From assembly GCA_965250285.1 (NCBI GenBank), contig OZ252299.1:3616001-3680000 (forward strand): a stretch of DNA of 64,000 nt, in the 5' to 3' direction. Below are positions 28,351 through 36,457 of this stretch, piece after piece. Below the pieces are notes generated by a model. That model ran no database searches and was not told the origin of the DNA. It worked only from the letters and a program-made list of their open reading frames with translations. Each line of letters opens with the position of its first letter. Within the stretch, counting starts at the first letter, position 1. Origin of the DNA: Myxococcota bacterium. Lineage in GTDB: Bacteria > Myxococcota_A > UBA9160 > UBA4427. The translations under genes were made by a program, and so were the position numbers.

Positions 28351-29520
28351 ATGAATCAGAAGCTGTTCGAGAAGTACAAGGTCATCGACATCGACACCCA
28401 CATCACCGAGCCGGCGACCGTGTGGACCGACCGCGTCGCGAGCAAGTGGGGCGACAAGGTGCCGCACATCAAGCAGATCGAAGGCCGTGATACGTGGTTC
28501 ATCGGCGACGCGCCGGTCGGCGGACCCGGTCTCTACACGATGGCCGGCCACACGGGCACGTATCCCGACGCGCCGTTGACCTACGACGACCTTCCCGCCG
28601 CCTCGTACGACGCCCACGCTCGCCTGAAGCTCATGGACGAAGAGCAGATCCACTCGATGGTGCTCTACCCCAACCTCGGCGGCTTCGGGTCGGGCGGCTT
28701 CTTGCGGCTCGGCGAACCCGAGCTGATGCTCGAATGCGTGATCGCCTACAACGACTTCCTCGCCGACTGGGCGAGCGCCGATTTGAACCGCCTGCTGCCC
28801 GTCATGGCGTTGCCCTTCTGGGACGTCGACGCCTCGGTGAAAGAGATCGAGCGCTCGGCCGCCAAGGGGCATCGCGCCGTTCTGTTCGGGAGTCGACCCG
28901 AGACGTTTGACGAGCCGCCCCTCGCCCACAAGCACTGGGATCCCATCTGGGCCGCGGCCCAGGCGGCGGGTCTACCGATCAGCTTTCACATCGGCGCAGG
29001 AGACCTGAGCGATCTGATGGACGACTCGGCCGAGATGGGGTTCAAGGCGAACTTCGCCCGCGGCAGCTCGCTCGCTCTGCTCGACAACCAGCGCTGTCTC
29101 GCGAGCCTGATCTTCGGGGGCGTCTGCGCGCGCTTCCCCGATCTCGACTTCGTGTCGGTCGAGAGCGGCGCGGGTTGGCTCGCATGTGCGCTCGAGATGT
29201 TCGACTGGCAGTGGGTGAACGGCGAGGTCCAGAAGGAGCATCCCGAGTATGACCTGTTGCCGTCGGAGTACTTCGCACGCCAGATCTACGGCTCTTTCTG
29301 GTTCGAGAAGGGTGCGATCCAAACGGCGGTGAGCCGCTTCCCGAACAACGTCATGTGGGAGACCGACTACCCGCATCCGACGAGCCAGTACCCGAGCCCG
29401 AACAGCATCGCAGCGAGGCCGGCCGACTACGCCGAAGACGCACTGGCCGGTGTCGACGAGAACGTCGTTCGCGCGATCCTGCAAGACACGCCGGCGCGGC
29501 TCTACAACGTCGAGATCTAG
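28351..29520 (+). CDS. Amidohydrolase_2 family metal-dependent hydrolase
   Basis: DIDTHITEP, AYND, SFHIG, VESGAGW and WETDYPH. Confidence 0.9.
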   Translation: MNQKLFEKYKVIDIDTHITEPATVWTDRVASKWGDKVPHIKQIEGRDTWFIGDAPVGGPGLYTMAGHTGTYPDAPLTYDDLPAASYDAHARLKLMDEEQIHSMVLYPNLGGFGSGGFLRLGEPELMLECVIAYNDFLADWASADLNRLLPVMALPFWDVDASVKEIERSAAKGHRAVLFGSRPETFDEPPLAHKHWDPIWAAAQAAGLPISFHIGAGDLSDLMDDSAEMGFKANFARGSSLALLDNQRCLASLIFGGVCARFPDLDFVSVESGAGWLACALEMFDWQWVNGEVQKEHPEYDLLPSEYFARQIYGSFWFEKGAIQTAVSRFPNNVMWETDYPHPTSQYPSPNSIAARPADYAEDALAGVDENVVRAILQDTPARLYNVEI

Positions 29521-29602
29521 CCGGCGTCAGGCCGACAGCAAGCCACCGCCGACCGAGATCGGCCGTCCGCCACGTGAGCGTGGCGGCGGCGACAGAGGTG
29601 AC

Positions 29603-30049
29603 ATGAGCGAGTCCGTATCCGACGCCGAGCTGGTCGAGCGATTTCCCTGGGTCCAGATCTCGCACGATTCGAAGCACCACTTTCGCGGGTGGCTCGACCG
29701 GCGTCTTCTGATCAATCGCTGTACCGATTGCGGCAGCTTCCACCATCCGCCGAAGCCGGTCTGTCCCGAGTGCTGGTCCGAACGCATCGTGCCCACCGAA
29801 GTCGAGGGCTCGGGCGAGGTCCATCTCGCGATGCATCTGCATCAGGGCCCGCCAGCGCCCGGGGTCGACTACACCGCCGGGCCCCATCCCGTCGTGACGG
29901 TGGACCTCGACGGCACCGACGGCGTGCGCTTCAGCAGCACCGTGATCGATCTGCCGCGTGAAGAGATCGTCATCGGGCTGCGTGTCGAGCTCGACTGGAT
30001 CGAACGCTACGGCCATCCCTTTCCCGTGTTTCGAAAGCAGGGGGGCTGA
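29603..30049 (+). CDS. Zn-ribbon/OB-fold (DUF35) protein
   Basis: CTDC...HPPKPVCPEC followed by an OB fold; adjacent to a thiolase-like gene. Confidence 0.88.
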   Translation: MSESVSDAELVERFPWVQISHDSKHHFRGWLDRRLLINRCTDCGSFHHPPKPVCPECWSERIVPTEVEGSGEVHLAMHLHQGPPAPGVDYTAGPHPVVTVDLDGTDGVRFSSTVIDLPREEIVIGLRVELDWIERYGHPFPVFRKQGG

Positions 30050-30051
30050 GC

Positions 30052-31242
30052 TTGGCGACCCGGAACCCGATGCGGGACGAGATCGCGATCATCGGCGTCG
30101 GCTCGACCGAGTTCAGCCGGGACGCCGGCGAGGTCTCTCCGGCGAAGCTCGCAGCCCGCGCCTCGATCGCGGCGATTCGCGACGCGGGCATCGACTCGAG
30201 CGAGATCGATGGTGTCGTCGGGGCGCTCGAGCCCGGCGCACCGCGCGCGAACCAGATGTCGTCGATCCTCGGCCTCACCGACATCACGCATCACTCGAGT
30301 CCGATGCCGGTCGCGATCTTCGGGCTCGTCGACGCGATGACGGCGATCTACTCGGGACAGTGCGACACCGTCCTTCTCTATTTCGCGTTCACCCGCGCAC
30401 CCTGGAACTCGCGCTCCGCGGCGCAGGACCCTTTTCGCAGCTATCTGGCGGGGATGATGGGGGGCGGCTTGAAGGCGCCGCCCATGCCCGAATCGATCGA
30501 TCCTTCGTCGGCGTATACGGCGTGGGCCGCTCGGTACATGCATGAGTTCGACGTGCCGCGCGAGACGCTCGGGCGGGTCGCTCTCAACATGCGCGCCAAC
30601 GCGGCTCGCAACCCCAAGGCAACGATGAAGAAGCCGCTCACGATGGAGGCCTACCTCGGAGCGCGGATGATTCGCGACCCGCTCTGCATGCTCGACATGG
30701 ACATCCCGGTCGACGGCGCAGACGCATTCATCCTGACGACGACCGAGAAGGCGAAGGCGCTCACGAAGAATCCCGTCGTGGTACACGCGGCCACCGCCGG
30801 CATGGTCGGAAGGAACGACGAGGATCAGCTCCCCTCCCTCGCGCGACACGGCCAGCACGTCGTCGTCGACGCGCTCAAGGCGCGCAGCGACGTCTGGATC
30901 GACGACATCGACGTGTTCTTTCCCTACGACGGGTTCAGCATCATCACGCTCGGCTGGATCGAGAACATGGGCTTCGCGAAGCCGGGCCAGGCCGGCCGGT
31001 GGATGCAGGACCAATGGGACGACGACCTGGGTTGTGTGATGATCGACGGCCGCGTCCCCATGAACCCCCACGGCGGATCGCTTTCGGAAGGGGCGTCGCG
31101 CGGAACGGGACATCTTCGAGAAGCCGTGACCCAGCTGCGCGGCGACGCCGGCGAACGCCAGGTGCGCGACGCCGCAACCGCGCTCATCGGTTGCGGTGGC
31201 TTCTTCTTCAACTCACAGGGGGCGGTCCTCAAGCGGCTCTGA
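30052..31242 (+). CDS. SCP-x/Ltp2-type thiolase-superfamily protein
   Basis: AIIGVGSTEFS, NAARNP, YDGFS, NPHGGSLSEG and QLRGDAGERQV; TTG start (alternative ATG 30070). Confidence 0.88.
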   Translation: MATRNPMRDEIAIIGVGSTEFSRDAGEVSPAKLAARASIAAIRDAGIDSSEIDGVVGALEPGAPRANQMSSILGLTDITHHSSPMPVAIFGLVDAMTAIYSGQCDTVLLYFAFTRAPWNSRSAAQDPFRSYLAGMMGGGLKAPPMPESIDPSSAYTAWAARYMHEFDVPRETLGRVALNMRANAARNPKATMKKPLTMEAYLGARMIRDPLCMLDMDIPVDGADAFILTTTEKAKALTKNPVVVHAATAGMVGRNDEDQLPSLARHGQHVVVDALKARSDVWIDDIDVFFPYDGFSIITLGWIENMGFAKPGQAGRWMQDQWDDDLGCVMIDGRVPMNPHGGSLSEGASRGTGHLREAVTQLRGDAGERQVRDAATALIGCGGFFFNSQGAVLKRL

Positions 31243-31382
31243 GAGACGGCCGGCGAAGCGTCGCCGAGCGCCGAACGCAACGCGTAGAGCCGCGCTGGCC
31301 GAACATGCTCGGAGCCCCTGCACGATGCCGGGTCGTGCGCCCCGGACCCCATCGCCCGGCCACCACACACGAAGGAGCTCAC

Positions 31383-32321
31383 ATGCTCGAAGGCCATCGC
31401 ATCCTCGTGACCGGAGCCACCGGCCAGGTCGCCCGCCCGCTCGCCGAGAAGCTCAACGCTCACAACGAGGTCTGGGCGGCCGCGCGCTTCTCCGATCCCG
31501 AAGCGAAGGCCGAGCTCGAAGCGGCCGGGATCGGCACTGCTCGGTTCTCGCTCGGCGAATCCGACCTGTCACACCTGCCCGACGTCGACTACGTCTTTCA
31601 CTGTGGCGTCAATCAGAACCCCGAGACACCCGGCCAGGGCTTCGAGCAGAACGCCGAGGGCACCGGCTACCTGATGCAGCGGTACCGCGACGTGCGCGGG
31701 TTCCTCCACATGTCGTCGTCCAGCGTCTACCGGGTCCCGGCGAGCTCACCCGAGCCGGTCGATGAAGACCATGCACTCGGTGGCTACTCGACGTATGCAC
31801 CGCACTACGCTTCGAGCAAGCTCGCAACCGAGGCGGTCGTACGTTTCCAGGCCCGAGCCCTGGGTCTGCCGACCGTGATCACGCGGCTCGACGTGGCCTA
31901 TGGCGCCCGCGGTCACGGCGGCGTCCCCATGGTGGTGTACGAATTCATGAAGCACGGCATGGCATACACCCGCGCCGAGAGCGGTGAGAGCTACTGCTCA
32001 CCGATCCATGAGGACGACATCGCCGAGCAGGTTCAGCAGCTCATCCTGAAGGCAGACGTTCCGGCCGTCGTCGTGAACCTCGGCGGCGACGAGACCACGT
32101 CGGTCGAGGAGATCATCGCCTATGTCGAGGCGTTGACCGGGTTGGAGATGAAGATCGAGACAGGCCCCGACGCATCGTGGGGCATGAAGGTGCTCGACAA
32201 CACGAAGCGCAAGGCGCTCGCGGGCCCCTGCCGTGTGCCGTGGCGGGAAGGCGTGCGGTCGGCGCTCGCACGGCGGCATCCCGACGCGATCATCGAGAGC
32301 GAGGAGGCGAAGCCCGCATGA
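31383..32321 (+). CDS. NAD-dependent epimerase/dehydratase (extended SDR)
   Basis: VTGATGQVA, SSSSVY and YASSK. Confidence 0.85.
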   Translation: MLEGHRILVTGATGQVARPLAEKLNAHNEVWAAARFSDPEAKAELEAAGIGTARFSLGESDLSHLPDVDYVFHCGVNQNPETPGQGFEQNAEGTGYLMQRYRDVRGFLHMSSSSVYRVPASSPEPVDEDHALGGYSTYAPHYASSKLATEAVVRFQARALGLPTVITRLDVAYGARGHGGVPMVVYEFMKHGMAYTRAESGESYCSPIHEDDIAEQVQQLILKADVPAVVVNLGGDETTSVEEIIAYVEALTGLEMKIETGPDASWGMKVLDNTKRKALAGPCRVPWREGVRSALARRHPDAIIESEEAKPA

Positions 32322-33280
32322 GCAACCCGAACCCGCGCTACCCCGTCCCCGAAAACGTGAGCGCCGAAGCGAGAGCGTTCCTCGCCCAGCCGGTCGACAT
32401 GAGTGCCGGCGACCGGCCTTCCCCCGCGTCGACCGCCGAGTGGGAGGAACGCGTCGCCGAGAGCAACGGCATGTTCGAGGGCCTCGTGCGCGAGGCGATC
32501 GAGAAGGCCCCCGTCGTCGTCGAAAAGTCGACGCTCGCCGGCGTGATCGTGCGCGAGGTGCGACCGCGAGACGAGTCACTCCTGAAGCCCGGGCGCCTGC
32601 TGCTCAACCTGCACGGCGGCGGCTACACGATGTTCGGCGGCGATCTGAGCGTGCTCGAAGCGCTGGGCCTCGCCGCCGCCGGCTACCGGGTCGTGTCGGT
32701 GGACTACCGCATGCCGCCGCACCACCCGTTCCCCGCTGCCGTCGACGACGGCGTCTCGGTCTACGAGAAACTGCTCGAAGAGCTCGATGCGCGAAAGATC
32801 GCCATCTTCGGCACTTCGGCCGGTGGGGCGCTCACCGCTTCGGTGATCCTCGCCGCGCGGGACCGGGGCTTGCCGCTGCCGGCCGCGGCCATCATGCACA
32901 CACCGTGGGCCGACCTGGCGAAGATCGGTGACAGCTACGAGACCAACGAAGGCGTCGACCCGACGCTGTCGAGCTACGCGATGCTGGGCGACGCGGCCGT
33001 CGCCTACGCTGGGGGCGAAGCCCTCGACCACCCCCTGCTGTCGCCCGTCTACGGCGACTTCAGCGAGGGCTTCCCGCCCTCGCTGCTGTCGACGGGCACG
33101 CGCGACCTGCTGCTCAGCTGCACCGTCCGCCTGCACCGCGCACTGCGCGCGGCGGGCATTCCGGCCGACCTCCACGTCTACGATGCGATGTGGCACGGGT
33201 TCCCGCTGATGGTGCCGGTCGAGGGGCAGGATCTCGATCGCGAGACGCTCGCCTTCCTCGAGACGCACCTCGGCGACTGA
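32318..33280 (+). CDS. HSL-family esterase/lactonase
   Basis: HGGGY oxyanion motif, GTSAGG nucleophile, D and HGF catalytic residues; ATGA-coupled to the previous gene. Confidence 0.9.
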   Translation: MSNPNPRYPVPENVSAEARAFLAQPVDMSAGDRPSPASTAEWEERVAESNGMFEGLVREAIEKAPVVVEKSTLAGVIVREVRPRDESLLKPGRLLLNLHGGGYTMFGGDLSVLEALGLAAAGYRVVSVDYRMPPHHPFPAAVDDGVSVYEKLLEELDARKIAIFGTSAGGALTASVILAARDRGLPLPAAAIMHTPWADLAKIGDSYETNEGVDPTLSSYAMLGDAAVAYAGGEALDHPLLSPVYGDFSEGFPPSLLSTGTRDLLLSCTVRLHRALRAAGIPADLHVYDAMWHGFPLMVPVEGQDLDRETLAFLETHLGD

Positions 33281-33332
33281 GCGCACGCGTCCGGGAGCAC
33301 CCCCTCACCTGCCCGACTCAGGAGCGACCGAC

Positions 33333-34970
33333 GTGACCCACGAGCACTACGACGCTGTCGTCATCGGAGCCGGCGTCAGCGGGATGTACGCACTCCATCA
33401 CCTGCGCGAGATGGGTCTGTCGGTGCGCGCGTACGATGGTGCACCCAGGGTGGGCGGCACGTGGTGGCACAACCGCTACCCCGGTGCACGCGTCGATGGC
33501 CCGAGTGCGCCGCTGTACGGCTACACCTTCTCGAAGGAGCTCGTGCAGGAGTGGGACTGGACCGAGACGCAATCTTCCCAGCCCGAGGTGCTCGCGTATC
33601 TCGAGCACGTCGCCGACCGCTTCGACCTGCGTCGCGACATCCAGCTCGAGACCTGGATCAGCGGCGCGCGCTACGACGATGACGACCAGCGCTGGACGGT
33701 CGAGACGAGCGCCGGCGACCAGGTCTCGGCCCGCTACCTGATCTGTGCCGTCGGCGCGCTCTCGACCCCGAACAAGCCCGCCATCCCGGGCATCGACCGC
33801 TTCGCGGGTCAGTGCATCCACACGGGCGATTGGCCTGAGCGGGCGGTCTCGTTCGATGGCCAGCGCGTGGGCGTCATCGGCACGGGCTCATCGGGCATCC
33901 AGGCGATCCCCGAGATCGCGAAGCAGGCGGCGCACGTCACGGTCTTCCAGCGCACACCGCAGTACACCGTGCCCGCGCGCAACCAACCGCTCACCCCCGA
34001 GGCGCTCGCGCTCGTTCGCGACAACTGGGACCAGGTGCGCGCTGGGATGGTGGCGCCCCCGCCGCCCGATGCGCTGCTGCCGATGATGCCGGGCAACGGG
34101 CGGTCGGCCTTCGACGAGACGCCCGAAGAGCGACGCGCGCTCTACGAAGCGCTGTGGGCGCAGGGCACCCTGGCGTTCGTCTTCGGCAACTACCCCGAGC
34201 TCCTCGTGAACGAAGAGATCAACCGCGAAGTGGGTGCGTTCATTCGCGGGAAGATCGAGGAGATCGTCGACGACCCGGCAACCGCGAAGAAGCTGAAGCC
34301 CGACCACTTCTACGGCACGAAGCGCCCGATCCTCGATGACGGGTACTACGCGACCTACAACCGCGACAACGTCACGCTCGTCGACCTGCGCGACGACCCG
34401 CTCGAAGAGGTGACCGCGACGGGCGTGCGCACGGCGTCGGGCGAGCACCGGATCGACGTGCTCGTGCTCGCTACCGGCTTCGACGCGATCAGCGGTTCGA
34501 TGCTGCGCCTCGACCCGATCGGGCGCGGTGGCATGAAGCTCAGCGAGCGGTGGGAGAGCCAGTTCCACAACTACCTCGGCTTGATGATCCACGGCTTCCC
34601 CAACCTCTTCATGATCCACGGGCCCGGCACGCCCGGGGTGCTCTATCTCATGCCGCTCGGTGCCGAGCTCGAGACCGAGTGGATCGCGAACTGTGTGCGC
34701 CACCTGCAGGACGAACGCATGGGGGCCGTCGAGCCGACGCAGGCCGCTGAGCGCGCGTGGGACCGCGAGGTCACCACACTCGCTGACCAGACCCTCTTCC
34801 CGCGGACCGAGTCTTGGTATACGGGCGCGAACATCGCCGGCAAGCCTCGACAGTTCGCCGTCCACCTGGGCGGGCCCGCCTACTTCCACCGCATCGCCGA
34901 GGTCGCCGCGCAGGGCTACGACGGCTTCGTCTTCGAAGCCGAGCGCAACGGCAGCGCGGGCCCCGACTGA
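33333..34970 (+). CDS. Type I Baeyer-Villiger monooxygenase
   Basis: GAGVSG, GGTWWHNRYPG, fingerprint FAGQCIHTGDWP, GTGSSG and ATGF. Confidence 0.93.
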   Translation: MTHEHYDAVVIGAGVSGMYALHHLREMGLSVRAYDGAPRVGGTWWHNRYPGARVDGPSAPLYGYTFSKELVQEWDWTETQSSQPEVLAYLEHVADRFDLRRDIQLETWISGARYDDDDQRWTVETSAGDQVSARYLICAVGALSTPNKPAIPGIDRFAGQCIHTGDWPERAVSFDGQRVGVIGTGSSGIQAIPEIAKQAAHVTVFQRTPQYTVPARNQPLTPEALALVRDNWDQVRAGMVAPPPPDALLPMMPGNGRSAFDETPEERRALYEALWAQGTLAFVFGNYPELLVNEEINREVGAFIRGKIEEIVDDPATAKKLKPDHFYGTKRPILDDGYYATYNRDNVTLVDLRDDPLEEVTATGVRTASGEHRIDVLVLATGFDAISGSMLRLDPIGRGGMKLSERWESQFHNYLGLMIHGFPNLFMIHGPGTPGVLYLMPLGAELETEWIANCVRHLQDERMGAVEPTQAAERAWDREVTTLADQTLFPRTESWYTGANIAGKPRQFAVHLGGPAYFHRIAEVAAQGYDGFVFEAERNGSAGPD

Positions 34971-35016
34971 CGCCGCAGCGCCTGGAGCCCGTGAGACGCC
35001 TCCGACGCGAGCCCGA

Positions 35017-35044
35017 TTGCTTTTTACGTAATGACGGTTACGAT
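35017..35044 (+). promoter_or_regulatory. Promoter with overlapping dyad operator
   Basis: TTGCTT (35017)-16 nt-TACGAT (35039); inverted repeat CGTAA-N6-TTACG at 35027-35042; ATG 6 nt after the -10. Confidence 0.6.
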
Positions 35045-35050
35045 AAAGGC

Positions 35051-35632
35051 ATGCCTCGGATCGTCGACCACGAAGAGCGCCGCCAATCGATCGCGACGGG
35101 GGCCGTCCGCGCGATCGCCGACCTGGGCCTCGAGGTCAAGATGACCGACATCGGTGCGGCCGCGGGCTGCACGACGGGCGCCGTGACCCACTACTTCGAC
35201 GACAAGGACGAGGTGCTGGTCGCCGCCCTCCGCGAGCTGAACCGCCGCGTCGCCGAGCGCATGGAGACGCATCTCGAGAACGAGTCGTCGGAGCTCGTCG
35301 ACGTCATCGCCGAGGCGCTGCCCCTCGATGCCGCGCGACGCGAGGAGTGGCGCGTCTGGATCGGCTTCTTCGGCCGCTCTGCCTGGAGCCCGGCGCTCGC
35401 GGGCGAGCTGCGCGATCGCAACGGCGAGTGGCGCAACGCGGCCACCGAAATGTTCGAGTGGGGCATCGAGCAGGGCCTCTTTCGACACGACATCGACGTC
35501 GAACTCGAGAGCGAAGCGCTCCTGCTCTTGATCGACGGCATCGGCTCGAATGCCATCCTCGACCCGCGCCGCTGGACGGCCGCTCGCCAGCGTGCCCAGG
35601 TCGATCACTTTCTCTCACGACTGCGCCCGTAG
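35051..35632 (+). CDS. TetR-family regulator (BetI-like C-terminal domain)
   Basis: MPRIVDHEERR start and IGAAAGCTTGAVTHYFDDKDEV HTH. Confidence 0.9.
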   Translation: MPRIVDHEERRQSIATGAVRAIADLGLEVKMTDIGAAAGCTTGAVTHYFDDKDEVLVAALRELNRRVAERMETHLENESSELVDVIAEALPLDAARREEWRVWIGFFGRSAWSPALAGELRDRNGEWRNAATEMFEWGIEQGLFRHDIDVELESEALLLLIDGIGSNAILDPRRWTAARQRAQVDHFLSRLRP

Positions 35633-35668
35633 ACCGCACGCACCGTCGATCGACGAGGAGAACGACGC

Positions 35669-36358
35669 ATGCCCTACCAACCCCTCAAAGCCTGGCGCGC
35701 CCTGAAGAAGTCGTACGCCGATCCCGACGACACCGTCGCCGTCTTCGAGCTGCTCGATGCCCTGAGCGGCAGCTCGTATCAGCGCGACTTCGACCGCTTC
35801 GCCCAGAGCGAAACCGGCCGCCGCGTGCTCGACGAGAAGCGCGATCTGCTCGATACGCTGCGCGACCGCACGTATCTCGAATCGTTGCCCGAGGGCAGCT
35901 TCGGGCGAACGTACGCCGAGTTCACGGCGCGCGAGCAGATCAGCGCGGACGGACTCGTCGAGGCCAGCAACGGAGCCGAGTACGACGCAACCGACATCGG
36001 CGAAGACCGAGCCCGCTTCATGGCGCGCTATCGCGACCTGCACGATCTCGAGCACGTATTGACCGGCTACGGGCGCGACCTGCGCGGCGAAGTCGCGCTG
36101 CTCACCTTCGACCTCGCTCAGTCGTGGAGTCTCGGGCTTGCGGTCATCGTGGGCACGGCGCTGATCGAGAGCGACCGCGAGCAGTGGCGGCTCGTGCGCG
36201 AAGCCTGGCGCCGAGGCAAGAACGCAGCCTGGTCACCGGGGGTCGACTGGGAGGCACTGCTCCCACTGCCCCTCGAAGACGTGCGTGCGCGCCTGTCTGT
36301 CGGCGCGCCGCCCGCGTACGAGCCGCTTCGGTCGGCGGGCGCGCCCTCGCTCGCCTAG
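35669..36358 (+). CDS. Coq4-family protein
   Basis: LPEGSFGRTY and RYRDLHDLEHVLTGYGRDLRGE (HDxxH...E motif). Confidence 0.82.
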   Translation: MPYQPLKAWRALKKSYADPDDTVAVFELLDALSGSSYQRDFDRFAQSETGRRVLDEKRDLLDTLRDRTYLESLPEGSFGRTYAEFTAREQISADGLVEASNGAEYDATDIGEDRARFMARYRDLHDLEHVLTGYGRDLRGEVALLTFDLAQSWSLGLAVIVGTALIESDREQWRLVREAWRRGKNAAWSPGVDWEALLPLPLEDVRARLSVGAPPAYEPLRSAGAPSLA

Positions 36359-36457
36359 CCCCCGCCCTGAACGGAGGCCTCGAGCACGCGGAACTACAGG
36401 CACGCCGGCGCGTTCGGAATCGGCCGGGCATCGGTGCGGCGAGTGACGATGTCGGGA

